From the IMG/VR virus record IMGVR_UViG_3300021400_000097: 58,464 nucleotides of DNA. One strand, written 5' to 3'. Each line of letters opens with the position of its first letter. Position 1 is the stretch's first letter. Both the position numbers and the translations under genes were made by a program. The notes under the pieces were generated by a model. The model was not told the DNA's origin and searched no databases. It saw only the letters and a list, made by a program, of their open reading frames with translations. Origin of the DNA: a virus. This document shows, in pieces, positions 1 through 8,328 of the stretch.

Positions 1-107
1 CCTCCCAGCCGATATTGGAACGCTTGCACCTGTAGATGGTATCGTCTGTGTATATATCCAGGTGGTGAACGGTCTTATTGCCAGCCTCAGTGAGATAGTA
101 GCCCCAG
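1..107. repeat. Exact 107-bp terminal duplication of the window (1-107 = 58358-58464). Assembly overlap of a circular or circularly permuted genome of 58,357 bp.
   Basis: Read directly: the first 107 nt are identical to the last 107 nt. The portal reading frame is continuous across the junction. Confidence 0.9.
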
Positions 108-673
108 GCAAAGGCTTTCATTTTGCGGTACTGATCCTTGATGAAATAAATATCATCACCGTTTTTCTTGCTCAGCACATTCAGCAGCAGCTTAGGCTTT
201 CCTGTCTTACTATCCTGGTACACATGATAGAGGATAGCGGACGTACCCTCAGCACCAGCAGCACGCTTAGCCTCCCTGACTATAGCGTTAAAGCGTACAT
301 CCTCATTCAGCTGTTTGTACGCCTGGAAAGCATCATCAGTGCCCTCTGACAGCTGGAGCCATTTCACAGGTCTGCCATACAGGAACACCAGGGCAATCTC
401 ATTGATGAAAGTCTGGTAGGGAATAGGAATTTTCCACCTCTTACTCCATCTGAGGAAATTGCCTTTTTTGTCAAACACAGCCCGATCCTTGCGCTCCATG
501 ATCTTGTGGGTAGAGATCTCAAAATCCCTCAGATTATTTGCAGCCTGGATTGAGCAATCTTTCATCATGCTAATAGCCCTGGAAACATCCTTTGCCTCCA
601 GTAGCTCCGTGAATGTCTGCTGATAGCCTATAGCAGCTTTCACCTCGTTTGCTAAACTGTTAAAAATACCCAT
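1..673 (-). CDS. Portal protein, N-terminal part (about 224 codons). Continues across the circular junction into 58357..57591, for about 479 aa in total.
   Basis: Not in the ORF track because it has no stop in the window. Manual translation from the ATG at 673-671 gives MGIFNSLANEVKAAIGYQQTF...DIYTDDTIYRCKRSNIGWE with no stop down to position 1. It is in the same frame as ORF 57591..58358. It lies directly downstream of terL. Confidence 0.8.
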   Translation of the reverse strand, partial: MGIFNSLANEVKAAIGYQQTFTELLEAKDVSRAISMMKDCSIQAANNLRDFEISTHKIMERKDRAVFDKKGNFLRWSKRWKIPIPYQTFINEIALVFLYGRPVKWLQLSEGTDDAFQAYKQLNEDVRFNAIVREAKRAAGAEGTSAILYHVYQDSKTGKPKLLLNVLSKKNGDDIYFIKDQYRKMKAFAWGYYLTEAGNKTVHHLDIYTDDTIYRCKRSNIGWE

Positions 674-683
674 GTCTTTTAAT

Positions 684-2117
684 TTAAGCTGTTGTTAGTC
701 CTAATCTACGTTCTATATCATCTGGTATGTCATACTCATTGTAATCAAACCATGATCTCATAAGAAACATATCTCTCCAGTCTGGAGATCTGCCTATATC
801 CAGTTTGATCTCAGGCTTTGGTTTAAGCATCAGCCTACCATCATTGTCTGGTTTCCACGTCTGGAGCTGTTCAAGCTCATTGGTGATCTCCTCCTGTTCT
901 GCCTGGCTCACCAGGTCTGCCAGCACTCCTACCTCGTTAGCATTGATGTGATCTGCCAGCTTATATCCACACTGTGCCTGTAGATTCTGGTAGTTTTCAC
1001 CGTTCAGAGGTGCAGAGTTATTCACAAAGCCCTCAATGTCACAGTTATCCACTACACCACCGCCAACACCATCCTCATCAACTATGCACCTGTATTTGGG
1101 GATCCTGTATTTCTTCTGGCATCGTATGATATACGTCTGTATGTCTGTTGTCTTAGAGACAGGGAAACACTGGTAATCAATCAGCATCCACCCATCCCAG
1201 ACACCGATCCTGGCATAGTCAGCACCGAAACGTGCTATATCACCAGTCAGGTAGTGTATTCCAGTTCTGAGTGCCAGGATATTGCCAAAGATCGCACAGA
1301 TAGCATCATGGCTACACAGAGCCAGAGGGTTATCATCGTATTCCCAGTTACCCTTAAAGAGGCGTTCAAACTTGACCTTATCAGAGGTTGTTTTCAAGCC
1401 CTCTATGTAGTCTGGATCTATAAATGGATTCTCCTGTACCAAACATGGTAGGTAGGCCTGATAGTCTTTCAGAGTGCCTTTCCTCCAGGGCTTGTAGAAC
1501 TCATCATACATCCAGTTCTTTTTAGGGTTACAGGTGATAAAGAGCTTACGTTTCAGCCCATACTCCTTATTCAGGCATCGTCCCACACGTGTTTTCAGTG
1601 TGTCATAGGCACCGAAATTGACCTCACCGCCCTCCTCGATCCATCCACCTGTGAACTCTATAGATCCATATCGCTCATACAGCGGATCGGATGGAATGTA
1701 TTTCAGATCCAGAAAGTCTATACGTGAGCCGTTGTAGAACTCAATATAGTTGTACTGTCCGTTATAGCTCCAGATCTCATCTGGCACTCCGTACCTGGTA
1801 CATACTTTCTTGAATGTGATATAGGTACTCTGGGTGATACGTTTCAGCTCAGCACGTCCGATAAACCATTTGGTTTCTGGAAAACAGAGGCTCATAAACA
1901 GGAGCCAGGCAGCTCCAGTCCACGATTTAGCACCACCAGCAGCACCACCATAAAGCACCTCAGCGTGCTCATCATCCGTTAGCAGATTCAGAGCCTCTTT
2001 CTGCTTTTCGTGTTGCAGCCCTCCATCCTTTGTGATAAAGTCAAAGCATCCTCTCTTGAACAGCTCGATCTTTACCTGGAGTGAGGTTGGTAATGTGATC
2101 CCCCTGAAACGTGCCAT
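684..2117 (-). CDS. terL: Terminase large subunit
   Basis: 477-aa ORF with an ATG start. Walker A-like YGGAAGGAKSW near the N-terminus, nuclease-type C-terminal half, and a position between the small terminase and the portal. Confidence 0.85.
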   Translation of the reverse strand: MARFRGITLPTSLQVKIELFKRGCFDFITKDGGLQHEKQKEALNLLTDDEHAEVLYGGAAGGAKSWTGAAWLLFMSLCFPETKWFIGRAELKRITQSTYITFKKVCTRYGVPDEIWSYNGQYNYIEFYNGSRIDFLDLKYIPSDPLYERYGSIEFTGGWIEEGGEVNFGAYDTLKTRVGRCLNKEYGLKRKLFITCNPKKNWMYDEFYKPWRKGTLKDYQAYLPCLVQENPFIDPDYIEGLKTTSDKVKFERLFKGNWEYDDNPLALCSHDAICAIFGNILALRTGIHYLTGDIARFGADYARIGVWDGWMLIDYQCFPVSKTTDIQTYIIRCQKKYRIPKYRCIVDEDGVGGGVVDNCDIEGFVNNSAPLNGENYQNLQAQCGYKLADHINANEVGVLADLVSQAEQEEITNELEQLQTWKPDNDGRLMLKPKPEIKLDIGRSPDWRDMFLMRSWFDYNEYDIPDDIERRLGLTTA

Positions 2118-2120
2118 ACG

Positions 2121-2615
2121 CTACCCCCCTTTCTCTATCTTTTCCAGGATCTGATTGTACTGTAGCAGCTCCTCAGTGGAAAGCATAGATAGATCTTTGG
2201 GTGCTGTAGTGATCTGGCTGTCAATCATGCCCTCAATAGTCTGCTTAGGCTGACCAAAGGAACGCTCCAGAACGTACTCCAGAGCATCCAGTTTGCCATA
2301 CCTGATACAGGCATTGATATTGCTCACCAGCATCTGGATCCAGGCTGGTGTGTTCTCGTTAGGCAGTGGCTTACCAGTCTTAGGATCCAGCTTAGTGCTC
2401 CTTACCAGAGCCTGGAGCTTTGCTGGTGGCAGCTCGATCAGGGCTTGCATGATGTCCTTGAAATCTTGCTCCTCCAGCTCATGGCCTACACTCTCACCAA
2501 CAACTTTCTTTAGGTACTTATACAGCTTGGGCTTTCTGCCTCTGTTCTGAGGCTGATTCTCTGAGGTAAAGCGGTTTCCCACCTTGTTTCCCTTTTCAAA
2601 CGGTTTCCTGCCCAT
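2121..2615 (-). CDS. Terminase small subunit candidate
   Basis: The track ORF 2121..2651 begins with GTG. The first ATG (MGRKPFEKGNK) is at 2615. Basic N-terminus (NRFTSENQPQNRGRKPK), directly upstream of terL with a 3-nt gap. Confidence 0.6.
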   Translation of the reverse strand: MGRKPFEKGNKVGNRFTSENQPQNRGRKPKLYKYLKKVVGESVGHELEEQDFKDIMQALIELPPAKLQALVRSTKLDPKTGKPLPNENTPAWIQMLVSNINACIRYGKLDALEYVLERSFGQPKQTIEGMIDSQITTAPKDLSMLSTEELLQYNQILEKIEKGG

Positions 2616-2635
2616 ATCGTTGTTTTTTCGTTGAT

Positions 2636-2652
2636 TGTGTTTACCGAACACA
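2636..2652. promoter_or_regulatory. Perfect palindrome TGTGTT-N5-AACACA, 20 nt upstream of the terS ATG
   Basis: Read directly (tgtgtt taccg aacaca). One of 4 perfect and 3 one-mismatch copies, all in intergenic or promoter DNA. Confidence 0.55.
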
Positions 2653-2720
2653 TCACCAGGATAAAAAGAAATCAGAGGCTGTTTTCTTGCACTCTGATCC
2701 CCTGTTTACCTGGTAAAGCG

Positions 2721-2966
2721 TTACTCTCCAGCAGCCTCCTGAGCCTCATACTGGTTAAGGAACCACACCATAAGGCTGTTACCTATCTCATCATAGGCAT
2801 CCATATCCTCACAGTGCTTGTCTGCCTTGTCGATCACACTTTTCAGAGCCTTACGCTCCTCCTCTGTAGCCTCAGGAGGGAAAAACTCTCCTGCTATGTC
2901 CTTTTTCAACACTGCCAGCTCCAGATCAGTGAGCTCAATCTTTACGTTTTTGTTCTGTGAATCCAT
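2721..2966 (-). CDS. Hypothetical protein (81 aa, acidic)
   Basis: ATG-started ORF co-oriented with and packed against its neighbours. Confidence 0.55.
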   Translation of the reverse strand: MDSQNKNVKIELTDLELAVLKKDIAGEFFPPEATEEERKALKSVIDKADKHCEDMDAYDEIGNSLMVWFLNQYEAQEAAGE

Positions 2967-3021
2967 ACTGTTACTAATTTTTTATGTTAAACTTATGTGA
3001 TTTATATCTGTTTTGCCGTTG

Positions 3022-3672
3022 TTACAGCTTGTATTTCCTGGCAATACCTATAGCCTTTTTGGTGTATTTGTCAGAGCGTCCGTGAATACCCTTAGTGATC
3101 ACCTCAGCCCAGAACTCATCCACGTTGGTCTTACCATAGGTGCCATATCCCTTTTTCTTCTTATCCTTGCTCCAGTCATGGTAGAGCTTTTGGATCTCCT
3201 TACCAGCAGCCTTATGTTTGGTGGAGGTGTAGGAACTCGTCCAGGTAGCGTGAGCCAGCTCATGTGTCACCGTGTGCTGTGCAGCCCTGTTTGTCACGTT
3301 CTTAAATCCACTATCATAGTTGTGCTTTTTGTAGTCAGCCTCAAACTTTCTCTTTGACTGGTCAAAGTGCTTACGTGAAAGGAAAATACCCTGGGATCCG
3401 TTGGCACCAATGTATGTTACACCGTATGCTCCTGGGATGTCAGCCAGCTTGATACTCCTCTCCCTTACTCCCATCACTGCCTCATACCTGGATATGGCAC
3501 GATTGATCTGCTTTTCCATATCCCTGTGTTTCATACCGCCAGTAGAGACAGCGGTTTTCTGCATCGTCTGTACCTGTTTCTTGGTAAGACGCTTACCTGT
3601 AGATGTAACGGCTACACCGTTGCCAGATCCACCCTTTGCGTAATTGTTTACACCACCTGCGTTTCTTCCCAT
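3022..3672 (-). CDS. Putative zincin-like metallopeptidase (HExxH)
   Basis: 216-aa ORF with the motif HTVTHELAHATW followed by EFWAE. Glycine-rich, basic N-terminus. Confidence 0.5.
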   Translation of the reverse strand: MGRNAGGVNNYAKGGSGNGVAVTSTGKRLTKKQVQTMQKTAVSTGGMKHRDMEKQINRAISRYEAVMGVRERSIKLADIPGAYGVTYIGANGSQGIFLSRKHFDQSKRKFEADYKKHNYDSGFKNVTNRAAQHTVTHELAHATWTSSYTSTKHKAAGKEIQKLYHDWSKDKKKKGYGTYGKTNVDEFWAEVITKGIHGRSDKYTKKAIGIARKYKL

Positions 3673-3712
3673 ATTATTAACGATTTAGTTATTACTGTAT
3701 TGTGGCAAAAGC

Positions 3713-4822
3713 CTATTCTTTCTTCTTAGCGTTTATAAAGTCTGTCACGTACAACAGATTGTGCTCCTGGCAGAAAGCCTGGATCTCATCACCTCCACCA
3801 TAGACGATCAGGTTAGGCTGTTCCAGTCCACTGATCTCCTGGGCTACCTTTAGATCCAGTTTCAGGCTCTCCATCCAGCCATCAAGCCCTCTGGTAAAGA
3901 AAGCATTGTAGCCTTTCGGAATACCCATCTTATTGTACTCAATGAACTTGTGGGACACGTTCAGATCGGCATACACCTTAACACCACACTCCTGGAGATA
4001 CCTTGCAAGCCAGCGTTTCTTATAGATCAGGGAAATGCCATAGGCAATAGGTGTCTGGTCATGGCAGCTACAGTTAGGCTCCACGATAGCCTTGCATCCA
4101 CTCATAATGAGCTTTACAGGATCCTTGAAAAGAGCCTCAAACCTGTAATCATCCACATAGAAATGGTACGTTGCCACATCCTTTCTCAGTCTGCTGTTAG
4201 CACCCCAGGGTGAAAGAGGCGTTTCCAGGAAACCAGCTTGCTCCTCCAGGAGTAGTGTGGGGATGTCGAAAGGATTGTTTGCTGGGTAGAGCACATCCTT
4301 TAGCATGGATCGGTAGAAATCCTCCTTTTCGGCATCCTCCTCACTCTGTTCCTCGTTATCCTCTGAATCATTCTCCTTACCCTTTTTGCCTTTCTTCTTC
4401 TTTGGCTCCTCCTCTGGATCGTCTGGATCACCCATCGGCTGTGCCTGAGGAATACCCAGGTAGTCATAATCAGCACTTTTCCAGAAAGGATCAACGTGTA
4501 AGGTGTTGTACTCCCAATCACCGTTTTCCACGTTATCCCTGGCTATCAGCTCCTGCCTATCCTCATCAGTCAGATCAGTGTAGAGGATGGTGGGCACCTG
4601 AGGCAGTTTCAACTTGATTGCAGCCTTGTTTCTCTGGCTGCCACACAGGATCAACAGTTTTCCATCAACCTCCTCCAGAGCCTCAGGCCTGTGCTCCCAG
4701 AATCCATTGGTACGGATGCTATCAACCAACCTCGCAAAATCCTCCTTAGAGATCTTACGTGGGTTGTGGGGATGCTGGTGTAGGGTTTTCGGATCCCTGT
4801 ATATGATCTTTCCTGCTTTCAT
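3713..4822 (-). CDS. ParB-like N-terminal nuclease domain fused to a DUF4417-like C-terminal domain
   Basis: 369 aa. The N-terminus (LHQHPHNPRKISKEDFARLVDSIRTNGF...LCGSQRNKAA) resembles the ParB/Srx fold. An acidic linker follows. The C-terminal part has YHFYVDDYRFEALFKDP, typical of DUF4417 (from memory of the family). Confidence 0.6.
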   Translation of the reverse strand: MKAGKIIYRDPKTLHQHPHNPRKISKEDFARLVDSIRTNGFWEHRPEALEEVDGKLLILCGSQRNKAAIKLKLPQVPTILYTDLTDEDRQELIARDNVENGDWEYNTLHVDPFWKSADYDYLGIPQAQPMGDPDDPEEEPKKKKGKKGKENDSEDNEEQSEEDAEKEDFYRSMLKDVLYPANNPFDIPTLLLEEQAGFLETPLSPWGANSRLRKDVATYHFYVDDYRFEALFKDPVKLIMSGCKAIVEPNCSCHDQTPIAYGISLIYKKRWLARYLQECGVKVYADLNVSHKFIEYNKMGIPKGYNAFFTRGLDGWMESLKLDLKVAQEISGLEQPNLIVYGGGDEIQAFCQEHNLLYVTDFINAKKKE

Positions 4823-4833
4823 GCTTTCGCCTC

Positions 4834-5298
4834 CTATTCTACAGGTATTTCAGGTGCATTCGCTGGATCTTTCACTCCAGGGAATATCTCACAGTTAGCC
4901 TTTCCCTCATCAGACGGTGGGAAAGTTCCGTACTCATCAGGTACGTTGCATATCTTACGGATCAGCTCAGCACGCTTTACCAGGTGCCAGAGCGTCTTAT
5001 CCACATACACCAGGATATTGTCATTGGCATCTGTACCAATGGCATAGAAACGGCCTCTGTAGTCGATAGGGCAACTGACAGCACCATACACCACCAGGAA
5101 AGTCTGGCAACAGGCAGTGACGGTAGCACGCCTATTCCAGCCACCATTGATATAGATGTCTATCTGATCTCCCTTTGCTGGGTAGGTGGTAGGCATCATA
5201 TTATCCAGAATGTATCTGCCTATAGTGATATTGAGCCCCAGAAACCATGAAATGGTAAAGATGGCCAGCAGAATGATAATAAAGATCGTTATAGCCAT
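4834..5298 (-). CDS. Membrane-anchored hypothetical protein
   Basis: 154 aa. N-terminal hydrophobic helix MAITIFIIILLAIFTISWFLGL. First gene after the promoter at 5327-5361. Confidence 0.55.
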   Translation of the reverse strand: MAITIFIIILLAIFTISWFLGLNITIGRYILDNMMPTTYPAKGDQIDIYINGGWNRRATVTACCQTFLVVYGAVSCPIDYRGRFYAIGTDANDNILVYVDKTLWHLVKRAELIRKICNVPDEYGTFPPSDEGKANCEIFPGVKDPANAPEIPVE

Positions 5299-5326
5299 AA
5301 CTGTTTACTTAGTGAATATTCGATTG

Positions 5327-5361
5327 CAAAGATAATAAAAAATCTGTGTTCACAGAACACA
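5327..5361 (-). promoter_or_regulatory. Bacteroidota-type promoter (-7 box TAtcTTTG inside TTTTATTATCTTTGCA) with an upstream perfect palindrome TGTGTT-N5-AACACA (5345-5361)
   Basis: Read on the minus strand: TGTGTTctgtgAACACAgattttttatTATCTTTGcaa. The same 16-nt promoter core occurs at 27567 and 47330. Confidence 0.55.
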
Positions 5362-5380
5362 TTTTATAGTTTTTTTTCAT

Positions 5381-5818
5381 TCAAAAGCCAAAAACAAGCA
5401 TTGTAGCGTCTCTGGAGTGCTCATTTGTGCGTTTTTTCCACCCTGTGACAGCCTGAAAACGCTCTGAGGTGTACTTTGTCATTCCTCCCTTAGGTGGTAC
5501 CATCTGGTACTCCACTCCCAGGTCTTTGAGATAATCATCCCAGATCTTAGCGTCTCGCTTGATGGAGCCAGCTCCCTGTAGCACGTTTTCCTCCTCTCCT
5601 TTCCTGGAGTATTTCTTTTCAAACCACTTACGCTGCCTGGCATCCTCAACTCTCACAATGAGCCTGGTACCAATGTCAGCACACTTGTTTTTCCACTCTT
5701 TCACCAGAGCCATAGCCTGGTGGATCATCATACATTCAACCAGGAGGAGGGTGCGCTGCCTGTTATCCCAGACAGCAACACCTGTATTCACGCCTGTATC
5801 TATTCCGATATAGATCAT
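5381..5818 (-). CDS. RuvC-like Holliday junction resolvase
   Basis: 145 aa. The N-terminus MIYIGIDTGVNTGVAVWD is the RNase H-fold / RuvC motif I. Confidence 0.6.
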   Translation of the reverse strand: MIYIGIDTGVNTGVAVWDNRQRTLLLVECMMIHQAMALVKEWKNKCADIGTRLIVRVEDARQRKWFEKKYSRKGEEENVLQGAGSIKRDAKIWDDYLKDLGVEYQMVPPKGGMTKYTSERFQAVTGWKKRTNEHSRDATMLVFGF

Positions 5819-6294
5819 TCCTCTGCCTCCTGCTTTTCCTCTGGTACATCCTCCTGGATAGAGCCAGGCATTTCACAGAGCTGGATCCCTTTGAGGGTGT
5901 TACGCTCCTCCCTGGATGGATAGAACTGTACCATCATACAGTAGTTAGGAATGTACTTATCCCTCACCTCCTGGATGATCGGTAGGGTGATCGGATTGTC
6001 ACCGCTGTAGATATGTACCATCCAGAGCTCGTTTTCCCTGGTGACGGTAACAATACAGTACCGATGGAGGAAAGTACCCTGTTTGTACTCACCAAACACA
6101 TCCACCACCTCAGGCTCTCTGTCTGCTGTCTCCTGGAGTAACTTGATCAGCCCAGCGTTCAACAGGTGCTTACGCTTAGCGAAATACGGTGGATATACCA
6201 CTTTGTTTGTCTGAGTAACACCAGCCTCAGCCAGAGCTTTGTCTTGCTCCATTAAGGCAATTTCTTTCATTTGTGCTTTTTTTGCTTTTCCCAT
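5815..6294 (-). CDS. Hypothetical protein (159 aa)
   Basis: ATG start and a 4-nt overlap with the downstream gene. Confidence 0.55.
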   Translation of the reverse strand: MGKAKKAQMKEIALMEQDKALAEAGVTQTNKVVYPPYFAKRKHLLNAGLIKLLQETADREPEVVDVFGEYKQGTFLHRYCIVTVTRENELWMVHIYSGDNPITLPIIQEVRDKYIPNYCMMVQFYPSREERNTLKGIQLCEMPGSIQEDVPEEKQEAEE

Positions 6295-6315
6295 AACTAT
6301 TTGATATTTAAGTAT

Positions 6316-6543
6316 TTATAATGTTTCTATTTCTTTTTCGATCTCTGCTACACGTTCACTTACTACCATAGCCAGAGCTGCTTTCACCTCAGGATCCCAT
6401 GTTGATTCGTGATCGGAGTTGGTACTGGTCGTTTCATAAGCAATGATCATTGAATGTGCGCCAGCCAATAACCCACTAATCTTTTGCAATTTATCTCTCG
6501 TTCTTATCAGATCCTGGGCTCTCTCTATATTCTCGATCTTCAT
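6316..6543 (-). CDS. Hypothetical protein (75 aa, helical)
   Basis: ATG-started ORF. It overlaps the 3' end of 6491..6706 by 53 nt, so the start is uncertain. Confidence 0.4.
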   Translation of the reverse strand: MKIENIERAQDLIRTRDKLQKISGLLAGAHSMIIAYETTSTNSDHESTWDPEVKAALAMVVSERVAEIEKEIETL

Positions 6544-6706
6544 ACTTACATCTCATGTGTTGCGTTATACATTCACCATCATAGTACTCACAGGCACGGC
6601 ATTTAGGACTGAGAATAGTAACACCAGGCTTGTAAGGGCACGGTGTCACATATTCCCTACCTATGCTGTTAGGATCATGCCTGGAGTAGTAACTGAGGAT
6701 CTTCAT
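6491..6706 (-). CDS. Small Cys-rich protein (71 aa)
   Basis: Contains CPYKPG...CRACEYYDGEC...C. Its ATG overlaps the stop of the upstream ParB-like gene (TAATG), suggesting translational coupling. Confidence 0.5.
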   Translation of the reverse strand: MKILSYYSRHDPNSIGREYVTPCPYKPGVTILSPKCRACEYYDGECITQHMRCKYEDREYRESPGSDKNER

Positions 6707-7524
6707 TATTTACCAGGTTTATTCAGCGATTTATACTCACGCACAGCCTTATTCAGGCTCTCATGCTTATCCAGGAGCTTAGCCATCTGGTCTATGTCGA
6801 TCACGTTATCACCATCCAGGTAAGCCCAGAGGGTACGCAAAGCATCCGCTACAGATTTAGCCTCCTTAGATGTTTTCAGGGCATTCAGCACCTCCTTATT
6901 GGTTGCAATGGATCTACCCTCGCTCTGTGCTGACTTAACGGCTGATCTGGCTGCTTTCACCTGTTCCTGTTCTGTCTCATAGCTGCCAGCGATCTCCCTT
7001 GCAGCCTTGACACTCAGCTGACCACTCACGATCTTTTCCTGTAGCTCTGATGGCAGATCCAGCAGAGAAAGACACTTACTGATGAAAGCTGGGCTTTTCT
7101 TGAACTTGTCAGCTATCTGTACCTGGCTGTAGCCAAACTCATCCTTGAAACGCTGGAACATAATGGCACATTCGTACTCAGTGAATTTCTTTCCCTCGTT
7201 TCTCATCATCTGCTCAATGTACAGATCCTCAGGCTTAGCATCCTTTGGAGCTTTGAGAGCCTTGATGTAGGGAATCTCAGCACCCTCACTGATAGCCAGC
7301 ATAGTTGCACGGTAACGCCTCTCACCATCCACCAGCTTGTAACGCTCCTTACCATCCACCTTATAGGGGATCACTGTTATTGGGTTCAGTACACCCTGAG
7401 CCTTGATCTGTTCTTTGAGCTCATCCAGATCAAACTCACGTCTCACATTGAAACCATCCTGGATGTCAATGTTTCTCGGATCAATCCAGAAAAGATCCGT
7501 TCTCTTTGTTGCATTAGTCTCCAT
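6706..7524 (-). CDS. ParB-like DNA-binding protein (second ParB-fold protein of this genome)
   Basis: The track ORF extends to 7707 but overlaps the upstream gene. The ATG at 7524 (METNATKRTDLFWIDP) lies 10 nt after that gene's stop. ParB N-terminal motif: LVDGERRYRA. HTH-like middle region. Confidence 0.65.
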   Translation of the reverse strand: METNATKRTDLFWIDPRNIDIQDGFNVRREFDLDELKEQIKAQGVLNPITVIPYKVDGKERYKLVDGERRYRATMLAISEGAEIPYIKALKAPKDAKPEDLYIEQMMRNEGKKFTEYECAIMFQRFKDEFGYSQVQIADKFKKSPAFISKCLSLLDLPSELQEKIVSGQLSVKAAREIAGSYETEQEQVKAARSAVKSAQSEGRSIATNKEVLNALKTSKEAKSVADALRTLWAYLDGDNVIDIDQMAKLLDKHESLNKAVREYKSLNKPGK

Positions 7525-7534
7525 AGAATTACTG

Positions 7535-7849
7535 TTAATCGTTAATATGCTTTTTGATATACTCTCCACATCTGATAGCTTTGCCACGTATGGTAGCAGC
7601 CATGTGTGACACGTTACCTGGTGTGATCCTCTCACAGAGGCTTGCAATATCCTTAAACCAGCCTTTGGCTTTCTCCAGGAGCTCATCATCTTTCTCTCCG
7701 AACTCATCCAGGTATTCCACGCTGTTCTTTGCCAGCCCTCTGATCATAGCGGAATCGTGGGAAACATTCCCACTGGTTAGCTTTCTCGTTTTGTCTGCCA
7801 CATCATCAAACCATAAAGCAGCAAACTCTCTGTTAGTCAATTCTGCCAT
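7535..7849 (-). CDS. Hypothetical protein with an internal tandem duplication
   Basis: 104 aa. Two related segments: TSGNVSHDSAMIRGLAKNSVEYL and TPGNVSHMAATIRGKAIRCGEYI. Confidence 0.55.
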   Translation of the reverse strand: MAELTNREFAALWFDDVADKTRKLTSGNVSHDSAMIRGLAKNSVEYLDEFGEKDDELLEKAKGWFKDIASLCERITPGNVSHMAATIRGKAIRCGEYIKKHIND

Positions 7850-7852
7850 TTC

Positions 7853-8326
7853 TTAGTATCTGAAATCTGTTAATTGTATCACCTTACCCTCAAAGGTATT
7901 GCCTTTATAGAGAGGAGTGCCGAAAAACCAGGAAACGAAATCCTCTACACTCAGCCCATCATGCTTTGCCAGCTCCTCTACTGGTACTTTCTTACCATCC
8001 ACCCATGCCTGAGGCAGCTCATCCTCACTGGAGTATGTCATGGTGATTGATTGCAGCCCTATCTTTTCCCTCTCTCCCAGGATCGTCTGTGAGGAGTTGT
8101 AAGGCCTACCATCCCACTCTCTCATACTGAGGTACTTTCTGCCTGAGTTTATTGCCTCAGCACACTTATCCCACCAGCCTTTGGCATCGGATCTGATAGT
8201 GTGGATCTTTGTGCCAGCCTCCAGCTTATCACTAAACCCTGTAGGCTCACCTACCTTAGGATGGCCTGGAGGGAATTTCTTTGAAAAGGTGATTATCACC
8301 TTACGTTTCTGTTCTTTCTGTGCCAT
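7853..8326 (-). CDS. Hypothetical protein (possibly ASCH/PUA-like)
   Basis: The track start at 8332 is TTG. The ATG (MAQKEQK) is at 8326, 2 nt after the upstream stop. The fold assignment is only an impression. Confidence 0.5.
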   Translation of the reverse strand: MAQKEQKRKVIITFSKKFPPGHPKVGEPTGFSDKLEAGTKIHTIRSDAKGWWDKCAEAINSGRKYLSMREWDGRPYNSSQTILGEREKIGLQSITMTYSSEDELPQAWVDGKKVPVEELAKHDGLSVEDFVSWFFGTPLYKGNTFEGKVIQLTDFRY

Positions 8327-8328
8327 AA

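Noticed and set aside
1-107. Terminal repeat as a biological direct terminal repeat (DTR) of the virion DNA.
   Set aside because: The repeat falls in the middle of the portal gene with the frame continuous across it, which is typical of an assembler overlap on a circular molecule. Real ends need read-terminus analysis.
6553-6569. Two-mismatch versions of the TGTGTT-N5-AACACA palindrome inside coding regions (6553-6569 and about 17524-17540).
   Set aside because: Two mismatches in a 12-nt pattern is within chance expectation. They were excluded from the operator count.
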